From Adineta vaga (Eukaryota; Animalia; Rotifera): a stretch of DNA of 64,000 nucleotides. This document shows positions 25,677 to 37,526 of the stretch, piece after piece. A program made the position numbers and the translations under genes. The DNA lies in the NCBI GenBank assembly GCA_021613535.1, contig CP075493.1:10141179-10205178 (forward strand). Reading direction: 5' to 3'. The notes below the pieces were generated by a model, which was not told the origin of the DNA, searched no databases, and worked only from the letters and a program-made list of their open reading frames with translations. Positions within the stretch are counted from its first letter, which is position 1; every line of letters starts with the position of its first letter.

Positions 25677-26790
25677 ATGGCAGCCGGCACACATATGGCT
25701 GCAACACAACAAGCAGCTGATGATCAAGCATCATCACTTTATTTTTCTGGTATATGTCAAACAATATCAGTTAAATGTCAACATCGAAATGAAAATGGTT
25801 TACTAACATGTTCAAGAAATCTTTATGTGTCGTGTAGGCTTTTCTCTTTGGTTTTATTCATTTTCATTTAATTCGATTCAAATTTTAGGTCCACATTGTC
25901 ATTTACTACTTTGTATTGATCATATTCATGAACATGAAAATTTACTACGATATGAAATTGAACAATTAATCAATGGTATAATGATACAAATAATATTTTC
26001 TAATGTTGACGTATTGTTTTTTTCTCTTTATGAATAGAAACTAACATTGTGAAAGCAAATATTCGTGCATTATTAACAACTTCTCAGCAGCAACCATCAT
26101 CAACTACTGCACAAGTTCTTGATGAAAAACAACGTACACTATGTGAATTACTTGAACGATGGGCTACTGTTGGAAAAATTTCTATGTCACAAGCAGCACT
26201 TATTCAACACCAATGTGGTTATATTAGTCAAACTACTCAACAACAAGCAGCTGCAGCAGCAGCATCAACTGCAGCCGCTGCTGCTGCTGCACTTGCTGTT
26301 GGAACAACAAATCATCATGTTGCTCATCATGCAGTAACTGCACAACAAAATGGTACTGGTACGACGAATTCAAATAAACTTCCATCACATCATCAACAGC
26401 ATCATACAAATAGTGCACAAGGAAATCATCATCAAACTAATTCACATCATCACGATCGATCCTCACAGCAATTAGCAGTGAATGTAGTTAAAAAAAGACG
26501 AAGTGGGAAGAATAAAATTGTTACACTATTGATGAAAAATGCTGAAGGAGAATATGAATGTGTATGTATCTTAAATTTCCTATGAATCGAATATTTCTTG
26601 CTACTCATTTCTTAACTCAGAGATCGTTTTCTATCTGTCTAGTCGAAGAAGGAAAATTTGTTTTGCATTAAACCATAGTGTTTTGTATATTTGCGTCAAT
26701 AATTAAAAATCCTTTTTTTTTCTTTCTTTTAGCCAAATATTCAATGTCGGAAGTCTCTCAAATGTCAAGGAATCACGGCACATGTTAAAG
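25677..26790 (+). CDS. Gln/Ala/His-rich low-complexity nuclear-type protein, unknown family; about 4 exons.
   Basis: ATG 25677. Exons 25870-25990 (GPHCHLLLCIDHIHEHENLLRYEIEQLINGI) and 26049-26570 carry poly-Ala/poly-Gln/His tracts from GCA/GCT/CAA/CAT runs. The terminal exon 26740-26790 is PNIQCRKSLKCQGITAHVKACAVDWLKENGQYLNLN*. Confidence 0.35.
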
Positions 26791-27675
26791 CTTGTGCAGT
26801 TGATTGGCTGAAAGAAAATGGGCAGTATCTTAATTTAAATTAACTATCATTAACAATGAGCAAAGAGACAAACAAAACTATGTTTTTGTTTTCGTTTTTG
26901 TTTTTACAAAGCTCGCATTCTTCTCCACATGTAATTGATCATCGCTGTAGTTTGTCTCTGTACATAAGTTTTTTTTCTTCTCTGTATGTTTATGTGAGTA
27001 TCTTGTTCAACTTGTATACATCGTCTGTATCCTTCTTCTAGTTGATTCCTATTCTAAAATTCAACACTGATATGTATTGCGAAAATCAGACAAAAAAACT
27101 CGAAAACTTTCTTTTTCATTTATGTGTGTATGTGTGTGCTATGTCGTCCCTTTTCTCTCTCAACTTACAGATATATGTATAAGACCGAAATGAGAGAAAA
27201 TATCTTCATCTGTCTCTTTTTTTTTGTGTATGTTTCTGTTGTAACAAAGTTTTTTCTTTTCATATTCCTTTCAAATGCAACAGACAAAAAGCAGAAAACA
27301 AAATTTTTTTTTGGTTCGTTTTTTCTAGATTTTTTGTTAATAAAATGTCAACAAGAACAAAACTATTGTTCAATATTTCATATAAAATAACCATTAAAAC
27401 CTTGTTATGCATATGAATATACAGAAAAGAAATTTCATTGAATTGCGCAAGTACATTCTTTCCAACACGTGGTGAAAGAACGTTGATTTATGATTTATAC
27501 GAGGTTTTGCGTGTCTGTTCTTTCTATTTTGACGCATACTGTCGTCTAATATATGAGTCATCACCCAACACGTCAGTCTCCGTATTTTTTCTCAACTATT
27601 TAAATAGCACAAAAACAAAACGACCAATTCATTCTTCATAAAATTTCACATTAAAAAGTAACTTTACAAATTTTC

Positions 27676-30600
27676 ATGTCTCCATTAAGTGGCAAGACAT
27701 TTGTACTTGAGCTTGGTCGAGAAATTCGTTTTAAAGCTAAACAAGAACTAATTAACTATTTACGTGAACAAAATGCGCAGATTTCATATATATTAACTGC
27801 TAGCGTAGGTTTTTCTCTCTCGACATATCTGAATCATTATCGATTGAAACTTATTTTTACTCTAGACGGATTATGTTTTGGTTTCGAATGATATTGATAC
27901 ATATAAAACTCGTCGAGCAAAACAACTCGGCATACCATTGGTTAATGTTGATTATATTCATGAATGTCGTAAATCAGAAGTTGGAAAAGAACCATCTGAT
28001 ATTAAACGATTTATTGTGACATCAGCAGAAGATAAAGAAAACTTCTCAAAAACTGGTACTATACCAGTTTCAGGTTAATATACGAAGGTTTCTTTAGAAA
28101 ACTTATATTAATACTTCTTCTTCTTTTGCATAGGAGGAGGAAGTTCGTCAGGTAGTGTAATAAAACCTGTTAAATATGATGTATCAAAAATCAAAATATG
28201 GAATTCTGATGATGTGGAATTACCATGTTTCGATGAAATTACACATGCTGAAATTGGCAAATGGGCAATCTTCAAAGTAAAAATCTTGAGATAATCAATT
28301 GACTCTATTCATTTTCTTGCCGTTTTCAATAGGAAACAAACGATCATTCAGATATTCATTTTGCGCTTGAATTACAAATCATTTCCGAAGAATATTATCA
28401 TCAACAAACAAATAATGATTATCAATTTCGATTTCGTTATGAAAAACAAACAATTATCAGTTCGAAAGGTAAAACTTCATTAATTCAATATGCCTTCAGT
28501 CATGATATTAATGAATTACATCAATTATTTGCATCGTACTATTATCGTATTGCAACAATGCCAAGAATAACTCGAATTCGAGAATTATTACCCGATAAAT
28601 TAGGTTCCAAATTATTATTACGTGTAAGTTACTTTTCTTTCTTTTGCCATAGAAAAATATATTCTTCAATTTTAGTCATTATTTCTTCATCGAATTGATA
28701 CACAAATGCTCGATGATAATGTTTGTCAATTGATTGAATCACTTTGGATTGAATCGATTGGAGATTTAAATAAGATTCTTTCTGTTCAACCTGAATCGAT
28801 TGCATTGAAAACAGTATGACAATAGAAAAACAAATGTATTTGAATGTTTATTGTTTTTTTTTCTCAAATATTCTTTTAGATTATCGAGGCTGAAGCTGCT
28901 TTACTTGAAATCAAATCTGGTGGTGAATCAGCATCGGAAGCAGAAACTCGTTTCTATTCACTGATTCCTCATCAATATTCATATCTTATCGATCTTATAA
29001 CAAATCGACGTGCCTTAATAGATAAAATTGATTTATGTCAGGTATATCTTCTTTGCTTGTTGATCATTTCATTGGCTAAATTTTCAAAATTTAGATGTTA
29101 CGTGATATGCTTACGATCAATGAATTAACGAATTGGAATATTAAAGCATCAATTGAAGCAAAATATCGAGCATTAAAATGTCATATTGAAAGTATCGATA
29201 GAGATAGCCATGAATACTCGACCATTAATAATATGATTCATTCATCAACAGATTCGTACGTATTTTTGAATGATTAGAACTCTTTTGAAAAGTATTTGAG
29301 ATTCTTATAGGAATGAAAAAGTCATTGTTCATCACATCTATAGTGTTGCAAAACAAATAGATGCATTGAATTTTCGCTCAACACTTTTTAATCAGAAACA
29401 ACTTTTTCATGGATCGAAATATAATAATTTTCTTGGTATTCTCTCACGGTAAATCAATTTAATAAAAGTTCTTTCCAAACATTCATATTTTTTTTCTTGT
29501 TATTTAGTGGTTTAATGCTACCAAAACTAGTTGTAGATGATCTAGGAGTGGCACGTACTGATTTTGGATGTTTGGGATATGGAATTTACTTTTCGGATTC
29601 TGTTTCAACATCTTTAAAATATACAACATCAAGTACAACTTGCCCTGGTCGACGCCTATTATGTATATCTCAAGTAGCATTAGGAGAATCAGCAAAATAT
29701 TATTCATATGCAACGAATTTAACTCAACCACCAGAAAATTGCCATAGTACACATGGAGTAAAGAAGACCAATGAAAATAATTCGAAATTTTTCGTAAGAA
29801 ATTTCCTAGTTTTTATTTCGATAAATTGAAATTATTTAGGATGATGAATATGTAATCTATAATCTTGATCAACAACGTTTACTCTACATTGTTGAAGTTT
29901 CATGGCAACCACATGATGTTATTGATCAACCATTGAAACTATTACCAATTATTCGTGATCATTCAACAAAACAGTTAACGAGTTCGAAAAACGAAAGTAA
30001 TTGCAAAATTTTACAATTCACTCTTCATTAATATAAATCTTTAACTGCATTTTTAGTGGATATACCATCATCTATCGAAGATGAAGTAATTCAAGTAGCA
30101 GAACAGGATTATGGTTTAGTTTGTCCATCATCAGGTCAATTAGTGCCATTGAAAGCATTTCATATTCGCGCTCAACTTGTTGATGTAACTGGTGAAGTAT
30201 GTTTAATTACATTGCTCCTTCTTTCAATCAATATTATCTATAAATATTTGTTAGGTAGTACTTTATCAAGTATATCATAATACAAGTTCAGTTCCAATCG
30301 AAGCTAAATATGTGTTTCCATTGGAAGAAAATTGTTCTGTGTGTGGTTTCGAAGCTCATATAAACAATAAAGTTATTAAGGGTGTTGTAAAAGAAAAAGA
30401 ACAAGCGAAACGTGAATATCGTGAAGCAATCGAAAAAGGTCATGGTGCATATTTAATGCATCAAGAACAACCTGAAGTTTTCAGTGTATCTGTCGGTAAT
30501 TTACCAGCAAATTGTGAAGTGATTATCAAGATTACTTATGTTGCAGAATTATCAATTGAAAATAATGATATTATCTTTCGTTTTCCAGCAAAAGTAGCTT

Positions 30601-32560
30601 CATGGCAATCGAAACAAGCTTTAGAAGCAAAAGATCAAACAATTCTTCCATCGATTAATCTTGAACAAGATAATTCGTCAATGAAATCCGTTGAATTTAG
30701 TTTGAAAACATCTATTCGTATGCCATACGAAATTAGTAAATTATTCTCTCCGACGCATCGTCTTCGACGGAAAGTAACCGATTGTTTAGCCATGATTGAA
30801 CTCGTTGATAATGTTCTATTAGAAAAAGATTTTATTCTTTCTATAACATTAAAAAGTATAAATTTACCACGAATGTTAAATGAAACATATGTTGTCTCGG
30901 ATGAAAACAATAATATCGAATTAAATGATGAACAATCTCAAGCATGTATGTTAACATTTTATCCGAAATTTGAAATGACAAATAATATCAATGAATTTGT
31001 GGAAGTCGTTTTTATTATTGATGTATCAAATTCAATGGATGGTAATCATGTTCAACAAGCAAAACAATTAGCACATTTATTTTTAACAAATATGAACAAT
31101 AATGATGGAAATATTTATTTTAATATTGTTACCTTTGGATCAGGTAAGATCGGATGAAGTGAGTTTGATTAATTTTCTTTTCGTTCTTTTAGATAATGAT
31201 GAATGTTTTCCTATCTCATCACCAAATACAAAAGAAAATATTGATAAAGCAAAGCATTTCATTTTGGTTTGTATTATCCTATCAGTTCTTTTGTTCTTGA
31301 AGAAAATCTTCTCTTTTGTAAATTATAGCATTCACTTGATCATCGTGGTAATACTGATCTTTTCTCTGTTCTTCGTCAATATTCTCTCCTTCCATCTCCA
31401 TGTAAACTTGGTCGACAATTTATTCTTCTTTCTGATGGACATATCAATGATTTGAATTCAATTATAACTTTACTAGAAAATCAACCATCTATGGCACATG
31501 ATCGATTCTTTACATGTTCAATTAGTGATACATCAAATAAACATCAATTAAAACAATTAACTAATGGAGCACATGGTGGCGGTTTAGCAACTGTATTTGA
31601 TTCAAACTATCGTTCAAAATGGAAATCGAAAGTTCTTCTCATTCTTGAACATATTCGTCAACCATGTGTAACAAATATATCAATTGATTGGCATGGAAAT
31701 CTTGATAATCAACAAGTTAAATTTACCAATCAAGCACCAAAAATGATTCGATCCTTATTTAATGGTATGCGTTTAACTGTCTATCGATTTATTCAAAATT
31801 GTCATAAAGCAACATTGACAGCAATGATTAATGATCAAGAATTTGTTACAACTGTATTCAGTAATAAAATGACAGAAACACGAGGAACAATTTTACATTG
31901 TTTAACGGCACGTGCAATTATTCATGATTATGAAAATGGTATATTGCATGTAGATGAAAGTGAAAATGAACTGATGAAAAAACAATATAAACAAGATTTA
32001 ATTGACTTGAGTATAAAATATTCTGTTGTAAGTTCATTTACAAGCTTTGTGGCTATTGAAGAACGTGATGGACAAGCACTTGAGCCAGGTAGAGTTTTAA
32101 TTTCAGATTAAAATAAGATTGAAAAACTTTTCTTTCTTTTTCTTTTCTTTTCTTTTCTTTTCTTTATTAGGTGTTCGCTTACTGGATGTGATGCTTGAAC
32201 ATGATATTGATTTATTGCCATATATTGGTTGGGATGGTGATCGATCACAGATTCAAATAATTAAAGAAAAATTACTGGATGCAAAACATTTATTTGATAG
32301 TGCATCGATATCAAATAAGATTCAACTAACAACTGAATATGAAAAACTTTGTCAAAATATATCTTATCGTTCTGGTGGCGATGCAAAATATGATTTAATG
32401 TTGGCAATTATTGAAACGTACAGAACGATGCTAAAAGAAAATAATAAAGCATTAGAATTAGAAGAAAAAATGCAGCTTGGTAAAATTGAATTGTTTTTTA
32501 TTATGTATTTAGTCGAATTGATTTTGTATTCATAGAACTATTGACTGAAATAACAAATGC
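27676..32560 (+). CDS. Vault poly(ADP-ribose) polymerase (PARP4/vPARP)-like gene: BRCT - PARP catalytic - VIT - vWA; 15 exons or more.
   Basis: Exons 27676-28078: BRCT-like (GKTFVLELG...; ...GIPLVNVDYIHEC). Exons 29300-29830: PARP catalytic core with the H-Y-E triad (LFHGSKYNNFLGILSRG; GYGIYFSDSVSTSLKY; DDEYVIYNLDQQRLLYIVEV). Exon 30312-30600: VIT domain (KGVVKEKEQAKREYREAIEKGHGAYLMHQEQPEVFSVSVGNLPANCEVIIKITYVAEL). Exons 30990-31700: vWA (EVVFIIDVSNSMDG...IVTFGSG...QFILLSDGHINDLN). This domain order is specific to PARP4 among PARPs. Confidence 0.75.
32140..32166. repeat. (CTTTT)n pentanucleotide microsatellite inside a PARP4-like intron
   Basis: cttttcttttcttttcttttctttt read directly. Confidence 0.85.
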
Positions 32561-32945
32561 AACGGCTGATGAAAGAAAGATATTGGAAAAACGTTTGGAA
32601 GAAGTTAACGCACGTATTAATACAGCTGAATCGTTAGTTAAATTTGTAATAGGAGACAAATTTTAGAAATTTTGATTCTTGTTTTAGGGAAAGCCAAGAC
32701 GAAGGTGCAAGTAGCGAGGACATCGATAGTTCTCAAGATTCCTGCGACGAAGAAGTAAACTGTAGTAATATTCTTCTTCGGACTGTAAGTTATTTATCAA
32801 AGTATTGAAAAAACTTTCTGAAACTAAATAACTGTCATTTCTTTCTATGAAAAGTGTTCAATGGGTGGTGACGATTCATGTATGGATAGTGCATTTGCAA
32901 ATATTATTCTAAATACTTTGTGTTGTTGTATATTTTATAGATTCA

Positions 32946-35900
32946 ATGGTGGATTGCGATATAGACTATCCTCTTGATTTTGAAGTTTCCTCTACAGCTT
33001 CTAAGCCAGCTATGAATCCATATAAATCAAAAGGCACAGCCATTGCTTTAAGTTCGTCTCATGATGAATCTGAAGGATCTGATGATATGGGTTTTGGCTT
33101 ATTTGATGACGGCGTACCTGCATCATATTCACCAGTTGTATCGAACAAATTGCGCTCATCAATGATAGACGATAAGAAAGATACAGAAAAAATTGCGGCG
33201 GCTGCAAAGATACCTCAAATGCTCGAAACTATGAGAGAATACGAAGATGATGAAGACGAAGCGGACGATTTTGGTTTTGATTTGTTTGGCGATTATTCTT
33301 CGTCATCACCAGCTGCTACAGTGAATCTTATAGAAAAAGAGGAACATAGTAAACGAAGCACGAGTTTAGCGAAAAGACAATCACCACCAAACGTACAAGT
33401 AACTCCCATCAGAGATTTACTTGAAGAAACTAAAGATCTTCTTAAATCTAATTTAAATAAGATTTTAGATAGAAGTAAGTATACTTTGAAACACATTTTT
33501 CTTTATTTATATTTGTAAATTTATTATTATATTCAATAATAGGTGACATGCTTTCTTCTCTGTCCATAAACGATGAACGAGCCAGTCCAAAGAAACGCAA
33601 GGAAGTATCAAAAAAGGAATCTAAACCAGTACCTTCTGATTCAGCTGTTTTTTCAAACTTGTCACATACATCCCATACGTCTCAAATACCAACAACACAA
33701 AGCTTCAGTTTTTCTAATCTACATTCACAACCACAACAGCAGCAGCAGCAACATCTGAAACAGCAAGAATCTTCGATAGATGGTGATAAGTGCCTCATAA
33801 CGCCGGCATTGTTTGATTTTACAGGCAGCAGTCTTTCGGCGAACAGTGCAGATTTCATATCTGCAACGGCATCCGCACCCTCATTTTCATTTTCGAACAC
33901 TGCGTTCAACAACTATTATCAGAGTGATGTATTGCCAGACTTTGGTATTTCAACTCTGCCTCACCCTAGCATGCCATCCTTTACGTTTGGTGCGCCTCAA
34001 TTTAACAACAATACGTGCAGTGATCCATTCTCTACATCGGCTGGCACTCTTTCGGCAAGTACAAATATGGGCTTTAATACTGGACCACCACCACCACCTC
34101 CTCCTATGGCTGCTGGATTTTTTGGTAGCACACCACCTAGTTCCAATTCTTTGTTTCAACCAACCACTGCTAGTGGCATGTCATACAATCCTCTGTTGCC
34201 AGATGCGATGCTTCAACAAGTACTGCTACCAGCACAACCTCCTCCTCCTATGGCTGCTGGTTTCTTTGGCAGTACTATGTCGCCAGGTGCGGTTTTTCAA
34301 CAACTACCACTACCACCACCACCACCACCTCCTCCTCCTATGGCTGCTGGTTTCTTTGGCAGCACTACATCTAGTTCCAATTCTTTTTATCAACCAACTA
34401 TTGCTACTGGCATGTCATATAGTCATATGCCACCAGGTGCTATGCCTCAACAAGTACTACTACCACCACCACCACCACCACCTCTTCCTGCTCCTCCACG
34501 ACTTCAATCAATAAAAACAATAGCAAATGAATCGGGTTTCAAAATGTCATTAGCTGATGACGAGGAATCATCTCCGATGTATTCTGCGTTACAGCATAAA
34601 CAACGCTCGAGCATGGTGTCACGAGATAGAGGTCGTGGAGTAGTTTTCGGAGGAAGATGCGCAACTGATGGAGCTGAAGTATTAAGTGGGAAAAAATCAG
34701 AGATCATTAAAGAAATATCTGTAAATGATTGTGCTCGATATTGTGACGTATGTGTAGACAAAATAACATTTAAATCTTATACAAAATACTTTTCTTATTG
34801 TAGACACGTTCCGACGAAGCCTCTAATGCACCAGTAAAATCTGCAACATCAGACTATACAGAAGACTACAATATATTTAGTAAAAAGAAATCGAGTTCCA
34901 AACGGTACGAATTTTAGAAAGACAAAATACCATTCATGTTCACTAAAATGGAGCTATTAAATTTATTTTAGTGCACCCGAGAAGAAACCAGTGACCAAAT
35001 ATGTTGACGATTGTCTGTACGATCTTTTACTACTTGATGTTACACCACTTGGTTTAGGTATTGAAGATGTGAATGGTGAAATGTGTACAATTATTGAACG
35101 CAATCGTACAATTCCAACGAAATCAAACGTTTATTCTATATTTACCAATGCTTATGCTTATCAGACAACAGCTACTATACGTATTTTTCATGGTCAACAT
35201 AAATTAACAAAATATAATGTTAGTAAAATACTTACACAATTGAAATCGAATTGAAATAATTTTATTTTGTTTTAGATATTTCTTGGTGAACTTATTCTTA
35301 AAGATTTAACACCAAATTTTGCTTCACAAACATTACAAATATCAATTGTTATGGATGTTGCTAATAGTTTCCTACAAGTCAATGCGGAAGAACCACGATC
35401 AGGAGCTAAAGCTATGATTAAAATTAGTGCATCAGATTGTAAGAATCCATTAACCAATATGTATTCAAAATAAATCGTATGTATTTAAATTTATTATAGA
35501 TTCACTTAGTGCAACCGAAATTGAACGACATATTACATATGTCGAAAGTGATCCTAACTATAGAGCTGTAGATTTTAACGATGCACAAAAAAATAATCGT
35601 CAATACAAGGTCGGTACCAGCTTTCAGAAAACAAATTCATTCTAAATCTCGATTATTTTAGTTGAAAGGTGATACAGAAAGTACGGCCATTCGTTTTACA
35701 GGTAATATAGAAAGTTCGAACGATGTTTTCAATTTTGATCGACCAAAAACTATTCAATTAATTTCAACAACTCTAAATGAAATTAAAAAAATACAATTAC
35801 CAAATGGATCGTTCGATATCAATGAAGATTTTACTAAATTATTTTCAATTCCGATGAAAAATTTTGATGAACTTAAAAAATACTTATGTTCACAAGGTTT

Positions 35901-36327
35901 TAATTCATTTGGTAAGAATGAATAAAAAATGATAAAATAATCTAGAAGAAGAATCTTTTCTTTTAGCATTAAATGTACAACAAGATATTATACATCTCAT
36001 TGCAACAGGTATTGTTCTTCTACAATTGTTATTACAAGTACCCGTATCGGATAGAAAAGGATATTTAGTTCCATTCGATAGTGAACAATTAAAAGTAAGA
36101 AACGAAATTCTGTTGTTTGTTTTTTCTTTCGATTGATTGATTTGATTTCTTTTCAGACGATTTTTCATTGTCATTTACCGAAAGTTTTGATAGAAAATGT
36201 TAATAAAGCAATTGATTTTTATGAACAAAAACGTTTACGCTGTGGAATATATTGTGAACAATTAGAATTGAAATATTCATCATGGGAAAAATTGATTCAA
36301 TACGGAATTTTTCAAATCGAAAATTGA
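32946..36327 (+). CDS. Composite ORF region downstream of, and possibly continuous with, the PARP4-like gene: acidic ribosomal-stalk-P-like motifs, polyproline repeats, HSP70 substrate-binding-domain-like module, conserved C-terminal region.
   Basis: Exon 32946-33476 contains DESEGSDDMGFGLFDDG and DDEDEADDFGFDLFGD. Exon 33541-34790 has three repeats of P(7-11)MAAGFFGST. Exons 34975-35240 / 35279-35450 / 35500-35610 encode LLLLDVTPLGLGIEDVNGEMCTIIERNRTIPTKSNVYSIFT...IRIFHGQ...IFLGELILKDLTP...LQISIVMDVANSFLQVNA...YSLSATEIERHITYVESD, collinear with the HSP70 SBD-beta and start of the lid (LLLDVTPLSLGIET.GGVMT.LI.RNTTIPTK...VYEGER...LLG.FEL.GIPPAP...I.V.FDID.NGIL.V.A...LSKEEIERMV.EAE). All junctions were hand-checked and are in phase. 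Terminal exons 35650-35925, 35960-36100 and 36150-36327 end ...LIQYGIFQIEN*. Confidence 0.5.
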
Positions 36328-36983
36328 ATGAACTTATTTACTTATCTCTCTTAACCACGAAATAAACAAAATGAAAACATTTCTTTTTCTCTTGCTTGTA
36401 TCACTTTAAACGAATAAATATTTTTATGCTAACAAAAATGTAACGATATGTATTTATCGAACATATGCATTGTTATCAAGGGTTTGAAAATAAGTTTTGG
36501 TATACGAACGAATAGAAATACGGAATCTAATACTAAGAATCAGATACTTTTCATTTCGAATTATTTCTTTTAACATAAAAGTTTACATCTGGATATCTAT
36601 ATTTCACTCTCTTTTGATGAATACAAATATCTGGACAAATACCAGCTAAGAAACCCACAATAATATTCAACTTAGTTTATGATAGCACGATATAATGTCC
36701 GCAAATATTTCCAGGCTCATCCAACCATATATCGACATCACAACATGTTTTCATTCGTTCTCTCTCGAATATCGATTAAATATCAAAGAACGACTGGTAT
36801 TCTCTTTCTATATTTTTCTATTATTCGTATAATATCTCGGCATATAAAAAGGAGGCGTGACTAGCGGCTTTCTTTCACTTATTACCTCATTTTTACAAGT
36901 ATCCGTTTTCGTCGATTCAGTAAGTTAACATCATAGTTAAAGAAATAGTTTCTTCTATCGATATTGAACTTCTTAGATTTATA

Positions 36984-37526
36984 ATGCAAGCTACCGCCGG
37001 TATCCAAAAACTTAAAGGTACTTGGGAATACGTTGATGGTGAACATTTCGATGATTACATGAAAGAAATCGGTGTCGGTTTCGCTCTTCGTCAATCAGCT
37101 AAATTAATTAAACCAAAATTGATCATTCAAGAAAATGGAGGTAAATGGTCACTCAAAAGTGAATCAACCCTTAAGACAGCTTCATATGAATTTACACCTG
37201 GCACTGAATTCGATGAAACTCGTCTCGATGGTGAAAACTGTAAAGTTAGTTCAACTAAAATCTTGGAAAAACTTATCTTTTTCATCTGTCTGTTTATTTA
37301 GTCCATAATCAAATTTGAAAATGATAAATGGGTACACACAATGCGCGATAAAAATGGTAAAGAATCGACAGTTACACGATGGGTTGATGATCTAGGTCAA
37401 CATCAAGTTGTAAGAGAAAAAAAACGATTTTTTTTCCTTCTGAAAGTTGAACTTTATTTTTTCCTCTTATAGGACATGAAAGCTGGCAGTGTTACAGCTC
37501 GCCGTTGGTACAAACGTGTTGATTAA
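36984..37526 (+). CDS. Cytosolic fatty-acid-binding protein (FABP / iLBP lipocalin family); 3 exons, about 137 aa.
   Basis: MQATAGIQKLKGTWEYVDGEHFDDYMKEIGVGFALRQSAKLIKPKLIIQENGGKWSLKSESTLKTASYEFTPGTEFDETRLDGENCKV | SIIKFENDKWVHTMRDKNGKESTVTRWVDDLGQHQV | DMKAGSVTARRWYKRVD*. The G-x-W signature, beta-barrel periodicity and ...R.Y.R C-terminus are typical of FABPs. GT/AG introns at 37250-37299 and 37393-37472. Confidence 0.75.

Noticed and set aside
26119-26418. Overlapping +/- ORFs (26119-26337 +, 26233-26418 -) rich in Q/L/H.
   Set aside because: Frame-shifted and antisense readings of the CAG/CAA/GCA coding microsatellite of the Q/A/H-rich gene; low-complexity artefacts.
33813-34514. 233-aa His-rich ORF on the + strand ('HHHHHLLLLWLLVSLA...').
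   Set aside because: It is the +1 reading frame of the polyproline/MAAGFFGST repeat exon (CCACCACCA read as His/Thr). The repetitive codon structure keeps the alternative frame open; it is not an independent gene.
34975-35460. Considered calling the HSP70-like exons a dead HSP70 pseudogene fragment.
   Set aside because: All three exons have canonical donors and acceptors and a maintained reading phase with upstream and downstream exons and no internal stops, which argues for an expressed exon set. Kept as a finding rather than annotated as a pseudogene.
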